Origin: Robiginitomaculum sp.
GTDB lineage: Bacteria; Pseudomonadota; Alphaproteobacteria; Caulobacterales; Maricaulaceae
Direction: 5' to 3'
NCBI GenBank assembly: GCA_002733805.1
Contig: NVXG01000033.1
Coordinates: 3,666 to 67,665, forward strand
DNA: 64,000 nucleotides
Below the pieces are notes generated by a model. That model searched no databases. It was not told where the DNA came from and was given only the letters and a program-made list of their open reading frames with translations. This document shows, piece after piece, positions 49,275 to 58,071 of the stretch. The translations under genes were made by a program, and so were the position numbers. Every line of letters begins with the position of its first letter. The first letter of the stretch is position 1.

Positions 49275-49720
49275 TGAAAAAAATACTGGGTTCAATTCTT
49301 TGTCTGGCTCTGGTCGGCTGCTATGAAACATCTGGCCCGCCAATTCCTGTAGTTTCGCAAAAGTCCCCGGCATTGGGGCCGTATTCATCGGCCATGGTCC
49401 ATGGGGATACGATTTACCTGTCGGGTATTATCGCGCTTGATCCGGTCACCAAAGCCTTTGCGCCAGCCAATATCGAAGCCCAGTTCGCCCAAAGTTTTGC
49501 CAATATGCAAACTATATTGGCGGCCAGCGGAACCGACCTGGAACACGTGATCAAGGTAACGGTATATCTGAAAAATGGGGCAGACTTTCCTGCCCTGAAC
49601 AAAGTGTATGCCGAGGCTTTCGCACCCTACAAGCCAGCCCGCACCACCGTTCCTGGTATGGAATGGGGACGGGATGACATTATGATTGAGTTAGATGTGA
49701 TCGCGGCGAAGAAACACTAG
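49274..49720 (+). CDS. RidA family protein with Sec lipoprotein signal
   Basis: TAATG overlap with the previous gene. Signal MKKILGSILCLALVGC. Core GPYSSAMVHGDTIYLSG...KVTVYL...PARTTV carries the conserved Arg context. Confidence 0.78.
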   Translation: MKKILGSILCLALVGCYETSGPPIPVVSQKSPALGPYSSAMVHGDTIYLSGIIALDPVTKAFAPANIEAQFAQSFANMQTILAASGTDLEHVIKVTVYLKNGADFPALNKVYAEAFAPYKPARTTVPGMEWGRDDIMIELDVIAAKKH

Positions 49721-50257
49721 ATGCGGACCGACAAGCCAAGGATTGACCCATTGCTTGCCGCCGATTGGGACGAGGCCGCAAAGAAGGCACTGGAGCCGGT
49801 ATTGAACGAAGCCGGTGAAACCTTGAACATCTTTGCGACCTTTGCCAAAAATCCGGTCGCCTTGAACGCATTTGTGGCGTGGGGCACCTTTATCTTGTTT
49901 CAAACGGATTTGAGTGGGCGGGAGCGTGAGATTCTGATCTTGCGGGTCGGCCATTTGGGCCGTTCCGGCTATGAATTTGCCCAACATACGGCGATCGGTC
50001 TGCGAAGCGGGTTGAGCGAGAAAGACATCAAAAATCTGCAAAATTCCGATGGCGCAGGTGATTGGACCGAAGCGGAGAGCCTGTTGATCCGCAGCGCAGA
50101 TCAGTTGATGAGCGACCACCATATCAGTGACGAAGTATGGGCCAGCTTGTCGGCGCATTATAGCGAAAAGCAATTGATGGATATTGTATTTGTGGTCGGA
50201 CAATATGCTCAAGTTTGCATGGCGTTGAACAGTTTTGGCGTGCAGTTAGAAACCTGA
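49721..50257 (+). CDS. carboxymuconolactone decarboxylase family protein
   Basis: 178 aa. ATG lies immediately after the upstream TAG. REREILILRVGHLGRSGYEFAQH is typical of the CMD/AhpD-like fold. Confidence 0.8.
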   Translation: MRTDKPRIDPLLAADWDEAAKKALEPVLNEAGETLNIFATFAKNPVALNAFVAWGTFILFQTDLSGREREILILRVGHLGRSGYEFAQHTAIGLRSGLSEKDIKNLQNSDGAGDWTEAESLLIRSADQLMSDHHISDEVWASLSAHYSEKQLMDIVFVVGQYAQVCMALNSFGVQLET

Positions 50258-50271
50258 ACATGACAAAAGAG

Positions 50272-51018
50272 TCAGAAGAATCCTCGTTGTACAGCCCAGA
50301 CCAAACCAGTGATCGCGATGAACAGTGAGATCGGTTGGGTAATACGAGCTCGATACCAGCTCTTTTTATAAAACCAGTGCAAGGTGGCCCATGCGGCCAG
50401 AATGACCGAAAGCTGGCCCAACTCAACACCGACATTAAAGCTGATTAGCGAGACCAGAAATTGTTCTTGCGCCAAGCCCATATCGGCCAACACCCCGGCA
50501 AACCCAAGGCCGTGAAATAAGCCAAATCCGAATACAAGAATGGGCCGCCATTTGGTCATATCCTTGAAGATCAGGTTTTCGATGGCCACAAACGCAATGC
50601 TGGCTGCAATCATCGGCTCGACAATATCAGGCGGTGCGCTGACTTTCCCACTGGCCGCCAAAGCCAGAGTTAAGGTGTGGGCCAGCGTAAACACCGAGAT
50701 CTGGATCAACAGCGGGCGCAAACGGGTCGAGGCTAGAAACAAAGCCAGCACAAACAGGATATGATCGGTGCCTCTTGGCAGAATGTGCACAAAGCCCAAC
50801 TTCACATAGAGGCGGACCGTTTGTCCGGCCGGACGGGTTATTTCTGGTTTCGCCGTTTCGGCACTATCGGCTTCGGCCAAGGCCCGGCACAAGGCGGGGT
50901 CCATTTCGCTGGTCTCAGCGCAAAATTCATCAGCCGGGTGGGCTGAGGCTGGCGTGGCGATCAGGCTCGGGATCACGATCAATGCAAAAGCTAAAATGAA
51001 TAGTTTGAACCGGCCCAT
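50272..51018 (-). CDS. HupE/UreJ family metal transporter
   Basis: 248 aa. Signal peptide then HPADEF, LGFVHILPRGTDHILFVLALFL and GFGLFHGLGFAG motifs. Confidence 0.85.
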   Translation of the reverse strand: MGRFKLFILAFALIVIPSLIATPASAHPADEFCAETSEMDPALCRALAEADSAETAKPEITRPAGQTVRLYVKLGFVHILPRGTDHILFVLALFLASTRLRPLLIQISVFTLAHTLTLALAASGKVSAPPDIVEPMIAASIAFVAIENLIFKDMTKWRPILVFGFGLFHGLGFAGVLADMGLAQEQFLVSLISFNVGVELGQLSVILAAWATLHWFYKKSWYRARITQPISLFIAITGLVWAVQRGFF

Positions 51019-51065
51019 GTTTGTTCTAAAATTACTTCCAATTGCAAAACCAAGGGAGCTTCATC

Positions 51066-51713
51066 ATGACTCAGTCCAGCACCACCGCCAACCTTGTTGT
51101 GGTTGATCATCCATTGATTCAACACAAACTAACCCTGATGCGACGCAAGGAAAAAAGTACCGCAGAGTTTCGGGCGCTGCTGTCAGAGATAGCCTTGCTG
51201 CTGGGCTATGAGGCGATGAAAGAATTACGCACGGAACTTCGCGAGATCGAAACGCCCATGTGCAAAACCATGCAGCCAGTGCTGGCTGGCAAGAAGCTGT
51301 GCTTTGTCTCCATTTTACGGGCTGGCGATGGCTTGTTGGGCGCGATGCTTGATCTGGTACCTTCGGCACGGGTTGGCCATGTGGGGATGTATCGCGATGA
51401 GGAAACCCTGCGACCTGTGGAATATCTGGTCAAATTACCGGCTGATCTGGCCAAGCGCCGGGTCATTACGCTGGACCCGATGCTGGCCACCGGCAATTCG
51501 GCCATTGCGGCTATTGAGCGGGTGAAACAGGCTGGCGCGCAACACGTCAGTTTTGTTTGTTTATTGGCGGCACCCGAAGGCATTGCTAATTTGCAAAAAG
51601 CCCACCCGGATGTACCGATTATTACCGCAGCCATTGACGAAGGCTTGAATGAAAATGGCTTTATTGTCCCGGGTCTGGGCGATGCCGGAGACCGGTTGTT
51701 TGGTACTAAATAA
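51066..51713 (+). CDS. upp: uracil phosphoribosyltransferase
   Basis: [23 protein letters not shown] and PRPP loop [10 protein letters not shown]. Start set to the ATG at track codon 9. Confidence 0.92.
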   Translation: MTQSSTTANLVVVDHPLIQHKLTLMRRKEKSTAEFRALLSEIALLLGYEAMKELRTELREIETPMCKTMQPVLAGKKLCFVSILRAGDGLLGAMLDLVPSARVGHVGMYRDEETLRPVEYLVKLPADLAKRRVITLDPMLATGNSAIAAIERVKQAGAQHVSFVCLLAAPEGIANLQKAHPDVPIITAAIDEGLNENGFIVPGLGDAGDRLFGTK

Positions 51714-51725
51714 TGGCACGATTTC

Positions 51726-52412
51726 TTATTCGGTTCTTGCGTTGTTTTCGCGCCGCTGGTTTTGCAACGAATTGACCAAGGCCTGTAAATCCGATTGGGC
51801 GCGGCGATTTGCTTGACTGATCCGGGTGCGGGTTTCCGGGCTGATCTCATACGTGCCATCGGCATTACGTTTGATGCCGGGTCGGCGATTTGGCTTGGTG
51901 TCTTCATCCGTCTGTCCGGATTTTTGCCCAGCCATTCCGGTTTTGGTCGCCAGCAATGCCGCCACCTGATTGCCGTCTGATCGGGTACTGGCCAATTGTT
52001 TCGCACTTGGTTTTTGTGGGACCCGCCGGGCAATGATTGGGCCACGAAATGCAGGCATTTGTCCGATGGTGCCCGATAAGATAACCAAGCGAAGAATGCG
52101 TTGCTCTCCGAATTTATCAGTTCCGGTTTCCGTCACATAATCCACATCATGCAAAATGCGGGACAAGATCCCGACTACTGAGCCGCTCCAACTACCGGTT
52201 ATTGGGTTGTTTGATGACAAGCGGCTGGCCCCGGATATTTGAAAGCCAGCTTGTTCGGCCAATGTCACGGTAACGCTTTTCAGCCCTTCAGCCTTGGCGG
52301 TGACCTGCCAATCCGTTCCAATTCTTTTCGCAGAAACATCGGCCCAAGCGGCGTTGGCAAAGGCCAACAGACCAATGGTCAGACAGGTTTGAAGTCTTGT
52401 TGTACCGCGCAC
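51726..52412 (-). CDS. secreted protein with STN-like (secretin/TonB N-terminal short) module
   Basis: In-frame GTG 52412 yields signal (M)RGTTRLQTCLTIGLLAFANAAWA. Then VTAKAEGLKSVTVTLAEQAGFQISGA...GSVVGILSRILHDVDYV resembles the STN pattern. The C-terminal half is basic and disordered. The track start is TTG 52478. Confidence 0.5.
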   Translation of the reverse strand: MRGTTRLQTCLTIGLLAFANAAWADVSAKRIGTDWQVTAKAEGLKSVTVTLAEQAGFQISGASRLSSNNPITGSWSGSVVGILSRILHDVDYVTETGTDKFGEQRILRLVILSGTIGQMPAFRGPIIARRVPQKPSAKQLASTRSDGNQVAALLATKTGMAGQKSGQTDEDTKPNRRPGIKRNADGTYEISPETRTRISQANRRAQSDLQALVNSLQNQRRENNARTE

Positions 52413-52586
52413 CGATAAAGCCTTTCGAAACGAAATTGTTGAGAGCCGTACCCTAACGTACTGAGTGGACCGAGACAAACTCGTAGCTTTCTACCCTTAC
52501 CTTTCTGCTCGAACGCATCTATGCAGGAGGGATCAAATTTGCACAAAATTGTACAATTTGCCCATATTGCACCGGAGAGTTTCCCT

Positions 52587-55500
52587 ATGTTGCACCTGTC
52601 AGCCCGCATTGTTGCTATATCTGTGTTGATCCTATTTGCCGGGGGCGCCATGGCGCAAGACTCAAAAATAGCAACTGGAAAAGGCTCATTTGCAACGCGG
52701 ATGCAGGCCGGAGAGCGGGTCCGGGTGATGGTGGATTTTGCCATTCCAAATGTGATTTCAGCGCAGGGCGCCTCCCAGTCCCGTATTGCCCAGCGCAATC
52801 GGTCAATCGCCAGCACTCGTGGTGTTTTGTTGGATGATACTTTCGGCAGCAACATGTCCAGCATCTATGATCAAAAGATAGCCCAAATTGCCACGGGGCC
52901 GCATTTGGCCCGTCGTTTGGACAATGTGCCATCCATGGCAATGGAACTGACCCAGAGCGAAATGAAGCAATTGGCAGCAGACTCCCGGGTGTTACGGATT
53001 TACCCGGACAAGATTTTTCGTGCCACGTTAGACGAATCTACCCCGCTGATCGGGGCCAATGTGGTGTGGGATACCGGTTCCGAAGGAGCAGGTGTTGCGG
53101 TGGCTGTATTGGATACCGGCTCGTCTCACCAGCACACCATGATGATTGGCAAGGTGACAGGGTCGGCTTGTTTTTCGTCAACATCAGGCAGTACGTCGAC
53201 TTCCTTTTGTTCCAACGGCAATAATTCCGAGATCAGCGCCAATGCAGGCGAAAATTGTCCGGTGGATGATCCGGCCACTGACGGCACGACCGAGGGCGTG
53301 GATGGTTGTGACCATGGCACCCATGTTGCCTCCACTGCGATGGGCGCTGCCTTTACAGCGTCTAATGGCAAAACGTTTGAAGGTGTGGCGCGCGGGGCCA
53401 ATTTGGTTGCTGTGCAGGTGTTTTCGCAATTTAACGATGCCGCTGATTGTTCCGATGCTGAACCACCAGACCCAGCCGATGCGCCATGTGTGCAATCCTT
53501 TAATTCAGATCAATTGGCAGGTCTGGATTATGTCATTAACAATGCCGCCGGCTTGAACATTGCTTCGGTGAATATGTCATTGGGTGGTTCCGATGAGGTG
53601 TCCAACGCATCTGTCTGCGATGCCAACAACGCCCAGATGAAAAACCTAATCGACCAATTGCGCGTCTTGGGCGTGGCAACAGTGATTGCTTCGGGCAATG
53701 ACGGGTTTAACACGGGCGTTTCAGAGCCGGGATGTATTTCTTCGGCGATAACGGTCGGAGCAACTACAAAAGCAGACGCAGTTGCTGGTTTTTCAAATTC
53801 GTCACAATTAATCGACTTGCTGGCACCTGGCGTGTCGATTTCAGCAGCATATCCCTTCGTGGGTGGCCAGTCCTATGCTGCGACCCAAAGCGGAACATCA
53901 ATGGCGACGCCGCATGTGGCGGGTGCTTTTGCTTTGCTGCGCTCGGCCAATCCAGGTGCCACGGTTGACCAGATCGAAGAGGCCCTCAAAGCCACCGGTA
54001 CACCGATCGATGATGGGCGCGACGGCATAATCAAGCCGCGCATCCGGGTCGATCTGGCTAATGATTTCCTGCAATCCGGCGGTGGTAGTCTGGGCGATGT
54101 TACCCTGTCACCCATTTCCGGGTTTCTAGCCTCTGGTGATTTTGGGGTGGCCAGCAGCTTTGCCAGTAAAGAATATACTTTGACCAATAATGGTACCTTG
54201 TCGGCAACCTATACGGTCAGCGGCAATCGCAATTGGATCGGTTTTGATGAGACCACCGGCTTTATCGCGCCGAATGGCGGCATTCAAAAAGTGGTGGTTT
54301 CGGTGGTTATGGCCAATATCACTGCCGGGCAAACCGATAACGGGGTGATTACATTTACAGTTGATGCGAACACATCCACCCGCTCTGCATCCTTGAATGT
54401 TAAAACACCGGTGTTGAACGATGATTTTGCCGATGCATTGGCCCTGTCCGGACTTACGGTCACCACTTCGGGTACCACCATTGGCGCAGACCGTGAAACC
54501 GGCGAGCCAGATCATTCTGGTGGAGCCGATTCGACGCAAGGCAACTCCTCGGTCTGGCATACATGGAAAGCGCCATTGACCACCGGCATGAATGTCAGCA
54601 CAGCAGGGAGTGCCTTTGACACAGTGCTGAGCGTGTATACTGGCACCGCCTTGAACGCGCTGACCTTGGTTGCGTCCAATGATGATGAAAATTTTCCATC
54701 GGACACCACTTCAAAACTCACATTTCAAGCTACGGAAGGAACGAATTACACCATCGCGATTGATGGGTTTCGCACCTCATCCGGTACATATGATTTGGCA
54801 TTGACTGCGTTGGCAGCGAGTACCGACAGTTTTGCTAATGCCAAGGCGATTTCCGGTGCTTCTGGGATATCCACTGCCCATAATGTTGGAGCGAGTGCGG
54901 AGACCGGCGAAGGCACCCATGCTGGACAAGCCGCAACCAAATCGGTGTGGTTTAACTGGACTGCGCCATCCTCTGGCAATTTTACCTTTTCAACCGATGG
55001 TTCGTCATTTGATACGATTTTGGCGATCTATACCGGCAATTCAATCGGGGCGCGCACCGAAGTCGGGGCCAATGACAATCACGGTACTGCGGCACTGTCC
55101 AAACCAGCAGTGGTGGATACCAGTAGTGAAGTCAGTTTCACGGCAACCAGTGGTCAATCGTATAAAATTGCCGTTGATGGCAATGTGCCCAGCGGTGGTA
55201 CAGTCGGGGACAGCGGCTTTATCCGCCTGTCTTGGTTGACCACCTCATCCGCAAAACCCAATCTGGTTACCTCGGTGCTGCCCAATGCCCGCTCGGTCCG
55301 GGTCGGTGAAACCGCTACCGGGTTCTTGACGGTGATCAATGCGGGCACTGTCGCCGGTACCAATTGTGCATTGATGTTGCCGAGCGGTGATTTCGCCGGT
55401 TCGTTTACCTACCAAACCACCGATGCCAATAATCAAACCACGGGTACTGAAAATACGTCGGTCAATATTGCCGGCAATAATGGCCAGCAAAACTTTGTGT

Positions 55501-56081
55501 TTGGCGTGACCCCGGCTGGGGTCATGTCGGCCCAAATACTGACCCCATTGGTTCAGTGCGACAATGGCCCGTCTTCCAACATCACACCGGGGGTCAATAC
55601 CTTTACGCTTTCTGCATCGTTGAGCCCGCCAGCCGATATGTTGACCATTGCACGAACCTTAAGTGCCAATGGAGTGATTGAACTGGCCGGAGCCAGCGAT
55701 ACTGGGTTTGTAACGGTGGCCACTTCCGCCATTGGCACAGATGCCACACTGACCTTTTCAGCCAACGATAACGGAGTTGGCCTGCCGCTGGCCATCTCGG
55801 TTTGTGAGACAGACCCAGTGACCTCGGTTTGTCTGGCTGACCCAACCACTTCGGTGACCATCAATTCGGTCAATGGGGAAACCCGTACCTTTGCGGCGTT
55901 TGTAACGGCCTCTGGTGACATCCCGTTTTTACCGGCAGTCAACCGTTTGTCCCTGAGCTTTGATGATGCAGGGGGCATTTCCCGGGGTGGTTCGTCCGTT
56001 GCGGTTCGTACCGATTCAGCCGGGTCAAGCAGTAGTGCCGCGACCGGCATTTTGGGAAGTGATTTGAGCAATCTGAAATAG
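52587..56081 (+). CDS. large secreted subtilisin-like (S8) serine protease: signal, I9-like propeptide, S8 core, 2 tandem PPC-like modules, Ig/CARDB-like tail
   Basis: Signal MLHLSARIVAISVLILFAGGAMAQ. Triad contexts AVLDTGS, CDHGTHVAST and SGTSMATPHVAG. Two ~130-aa modules share the pattern D(D/S)FA(D/N)A...ETGE...SVW(H/F).W.AP..G...ST.GS.FDT(V/I)L..YTG...NDD/NDN...Y.IA(I/V)DG at about 54414-54806 and 54822-55238. Confidence 0.88.
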   Translation: MLHLSARIVAISVLILFAGGAMAQDSKIATGKGSFATRMQAGERVRVMVDFAIPNVISAQGASQSRIAQRNRSIASTRGVLLDDTFGSNMSSIYDQKIAQIATGPHLARRLDNVPSMAMELTQSEMKQLAADSRVLRIYPDKIFRATLDESTPLIGANVVWDTGSEGAGVAVAVLDTGSSHQHTMMIGKVTGSACFSSTSGSTSTSFCSNGNNSEISANAGENCPVDDPATDGTTEGVDGCDHGTHVASTAMGAAFTASNGKTFEGVARGANLVAVQVFSQFNDAADCSDAEPPDPADAPCVQSFNSDQLAGLDYVINNAAGLNIASVNMSLGGSDEVSNASVCDANNAQMKNLIDQLRVLGVATVIASGNDGFNTGVSEPGCISSAITVGATTKADAVAGFSNSSQLIDLLAPGVSISAAYPFVGGQSYAATQSGTSMATPHVAGAFALLRSANPGATVDQIEEALKATGTPIDDGRDGIIKPRIRVDLANDFLQSGGGSLGDVTLSPISGFLASGDFGVASSFASKEYTLTNNGTLSATYTVSGNRNWIGFDETTGFIAPNGGIQKVVVSVVMANITAGQTDNGVITFTVDANTSTRSASLNVKTPVLNDDFADALALSGLTVTTSGTTIGADRETGEPDHSGGADSTQGNSSVWHTWKAPLTTGMNVSTAGSAFDTVLSVYTGTALNALTLVASNDDENFPSDTTSKLTFQATEGTNYTIAIDGFRTSSGTYDLALTALAASTDSFANAKAISGASGISTAHNVGASAETGEGTHAGQAATKSVWFNWTAPSSGNFTFSTDGSSFDTILAIYTGNSIGARTEVGANDNHGTAALSKPAVVDTSSEVSFTATSGQSYKIAVDGNVPSGGTVGDSGFIRLSWLTTSSAKPNLVTSVLPNARSVRVGETATGFLTVINAGTVAGTNCALMLPSGDFAGSFTYQTTDANNQTTGTENTSVNIAGNNGQQNFVFGVTPAGVMSAQILTPLVQCDNGPSSNITPGVNTFTLSASLSPPADMLTIARTLSANGVIELAGASDTGFVTVATSAIGTDATLTFSANDNGVGLPLAISVCETDPVTSVCLADPTTSVTINSVNGETRTFAAFVTASGDIPFLPAVNRLSLSFDDAGGISRGGSSVAVRTDSAGSSSSAATGILGSDLSNLK

Positions 56082-56106
56082 CCCGAACTACGGGCTTGCC
56101 TTTATT
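56080..56106. terminator. bidirectional rho-independent terminator between convergent S8 and gsp genes
   Basis: AGCCCG-aacta-CGGGCT hairpin overlapping the TAG stop, followed by TGCCTTTATT. Confidence 0.5.
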
Positions 56107-56602
56107 CAGAACCGACCGGCAATTGCCAGCTTTGGCCATCGCGTGACAGGGTGGCCATGTCGGCCTCCAGCGCGTCCAAGGTCCAGCCATCAATTTGTTC
56201 GTGTAAAAAGACCCGAACCAATTGCCCGGCTTTGGTTTGGACCAGGACTGATCCGCCCTCCGGGCGAATGGCGATGCCGGTAATGGTAAATTCTGGTGGT
56301 CGATCAGATGGCTTGGCTTGAGTGGCCCCGGATGGACCATTGGCGCGCGGGGTCCGGATGTTCCGTGATGGTTTGCGGCTTTGGGTAAATAGTGGTCGGG
56401 TCCAGACCTCGGCATAGCTTTGCAGCGCAGGCAGTAAGGCTTCATTGGGTGTCTCGGGCTCAGCATCTAATTGGCTTGCCGTTCGGCCAGAGCCGCTAGG
56501 TTGCGTGGCACTGACCGGCCTGTCTTGGTTCATCTGGTCAAACACCAACCCAATGGCCAGCACTGCGGCAATGCCAACCAGTAGTTTCATGCGCCCGGTC
56601 AT
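56102..56602 (-). CDS. T2SS accessory protein, minimal GspC(HR-domain)/GspN-like
   Basis: 166 aa. ATGA overlap with the gspM stop. N-terminal TM MKLLVGIAAVLAIGLVF, a Pro/Ser linker, and a C-terminal beta-rich block FTITGIAIRPEGGSVLVQTKAGQLVRVFLHEQIDGWTLDAL resembling the GspC HR/PilP fold. No PDZ domain. Confidence 0.5.
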   Translation of the reverse strand: MTGRMKLLVGIAAVLAIGLVFDQMNQDRPVSATQPSGSGRTASQLDAEPETPNEALLPALQSYAEVWTRPLFTQSRKPSRNIRTPRANGPSGATQAKPSDRPPEFTITGIAIRPEGGSVLVQTKAGQLVRVFLHEQIDGWTLDALEADMATLSRDGQSWQLPVGSE

Positions 56603-57084
56603 GATCCGGCTCCGGTTGTGGTGCGGGCCAGCAAGACAAGATCAACCTTCAAGTTCGCCCCTTCATCCTGCTCGATCCGAATTCGTTCGATGAACAGGGC
56701 AGGGGATTTGCTTTCAAGCTGGTGGATAAATCCAGCAATGGCTGAAATGTCACCAGAAGCCTGTGCGCTGGCGTGGACTTGTTGCGGGGTCGTTGCGTCT
56801 GCTGAGCGCACTTCAACCCGGATCAGCGAGACATCGGCAATCCGCGCCGAAGCCCGTAACCGAGCTTGTAAAGCTGCGCCGGCCGCGCCGTGTGATCGGG
56901 CCGGGATGGTCCATTGCTGGTTGGCGATGGCAGGTAATGACCGGCTCGGATGATCAAAGGAGGCAAGCTGGGCGCGTACTTGATGGACCCGGTCCAATGC
57001 CGTGAACAATTGCCAAGCGCAAAACAGCACAATGCCAAGTGCCAACAGACTGGCCAAGGCACGAGATGTCGGACTGGCGCTCAT
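56599..57084 (-). CDS. gspM: type II secretion system protein M
   Basis: 161 aa. One TM (LASLLALGIVLFCAW) plus a ferredoxin-like C-terminal region. Assigned by its position after gspL. Confidence 0.62.
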   Translation of the reverse strand: MSASPTSRALASLLALGIVLFCAWQLFTALDRVHQVRAQLASFDHPSRSLPAIANQQWTIPARSHGAAGAALQARLRASARIADVSLIRVEVRSADATTPQQVHASAQASGDISAIAGFIHQLESKSPALFIERIRIEQDEGANLKVDLVLLARTTTGAGS

Positions 57085-58061
57085 TGGGCTTCGCCTCTCG
57101 CTCTGATCTGTGCAACCAGATCAAAACTCTCGCGGCCCATTTCTTCCTGCACCGATGCGGCGGCCAACCGTACATCAAAAAGCGCCGGGCTGGCTTCAAG
57201 CTGGCTGACCAGAAGAGCGGCATTTGTCGAATGGCCAGCCAGTCGTACTTGCTGGTTTTCGATGGAAAGAGTTTCCGCCCAAGCGGTGTCCGGCAAAGCG
57301 CGGGTAATGGCATCCCACGTTTCCATGACCGATAAGCGACCGGCTCTGGCCAATTGTTGCTGGCGGGCGGTTTTTGTATTGATGGGCTGGGTTTGGGCGG
57401 TCATTTGGGCCAGACGGGGCTCTAATTGCCGATTGGCCCACAAGTGCAAGCCGATGCTTGCAACCAGCATTAAGGCGCAACAAATACCCAAAATTGTGGT
57501 CGGGCCGATGGCCGGGCGCACCGCTTGACCAATGGTCAAATCAACCAATGGGTCGCCTAGCAAATCTTCAGGGTCGGTGACGTCAACCGCCTTGATGTTC
57601 AGACCAAGTTGTTTGGCTTGAGCCAATAGATCACCCATCCGGGATTTGCTGGTCAGCGCAATTTGCACTTCGATCTGTTTGCCGCTCATATCCTCTGTAA
57701 TCGACTGGATGGCAAATGCAGTATCGTTTGGTGCAAATGGGGACAGGGTATCCATTTGCAATTGGACAGCGGCGGTTGGATCTTCGGCTGCGGCAGCCGG
57801 CAAAGTGATGCTTCTCAATTGACCAATGCTGGCCCCCAAACGCAAAACGACACGCCCGGTAATGCTTTTCGTCGATACGCGATGTGGGATGTCTTGCAAT
57901 CCGTCCGCAGTTACCAAAGCAAAGCCATCAATCGGATCGCCATGAATGATATTCCAGCGCGATTGGAATAACGAACCCACCCCCGGCAAAGCAATAATTT
58001 GCTGGTCAAAGGCTCGGATCAGATTTCGGCCAGCCTGTATAATTTTTTGTGTTGCGCTCAT
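57081..58061 (-). CDS. gspL: type II secretion system protein L
   Basis: ATG 58061 with a GAGGG SD (track TTG 58115). Cytoplasmic actin-like N-domain, a central TM (IGPTTILGICCALMLVASIGL) and a periplasmic C-domain. Assigned by its position between gspK and gspM. Confidence 0.72.
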   Translation of the reverse strand: MSATQKIIQAGRNLIRAFDQQIIALPGVGSLFQSRWNIIHGDPIDGFALVTADGLQDIPHRVSTKSITGRVVLRLGASIGQLRSITLPAAAAEDPTAAVQLQMDTLSPFAPNDTAFAIQSITEDMSGKQIEVQIALTSKSRMGDLLAQAKQLGLNIKAVDVTDPEDLLGDPLVDLTIGQAVRPAIGPTTILGICCALMLVASIGLHLWANRQLEPRLAQMTAQTQPINTKTARQQQLARAGRLSVMETWDAITRALPDTAWAETLSIENQQVRLAGHSTNAALLVSQLEASPALFDVRLAAASVQEEMGRESFDLVAQIRARGEAQ

Positions 58062-58071
58062 CCGGGAACCC

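Noticed and set aside
51019-51065. Cobalamin or nickel riboswitch upstream of hupE/ureJ
   Set aside because: Only 47 nt separate hupE from the divergent upp start. That is too short for a riboswitch aptamer, and no B12-box-like sequence is seen.
51206-52045. 279-aa minus-strand ORF spanning the upp 3' half and the STN-like gene
   Set aside because: It overlaps two better-supported genes in other frames or strands. Its composition is Pro/Arg/Ser-rich and typical of off-frame GC-rich DNA.
54414-55238. Tandem repetition inside the S8 gene, considered as a DNA repeat array or CRISPR-like structure
   Set aside because: The similarity is at the protein-motif level, between two ~130-aa PPC-like domains. 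There are no short identical DNA repeats with regular spacers, and the region lies within one continuous ORF.
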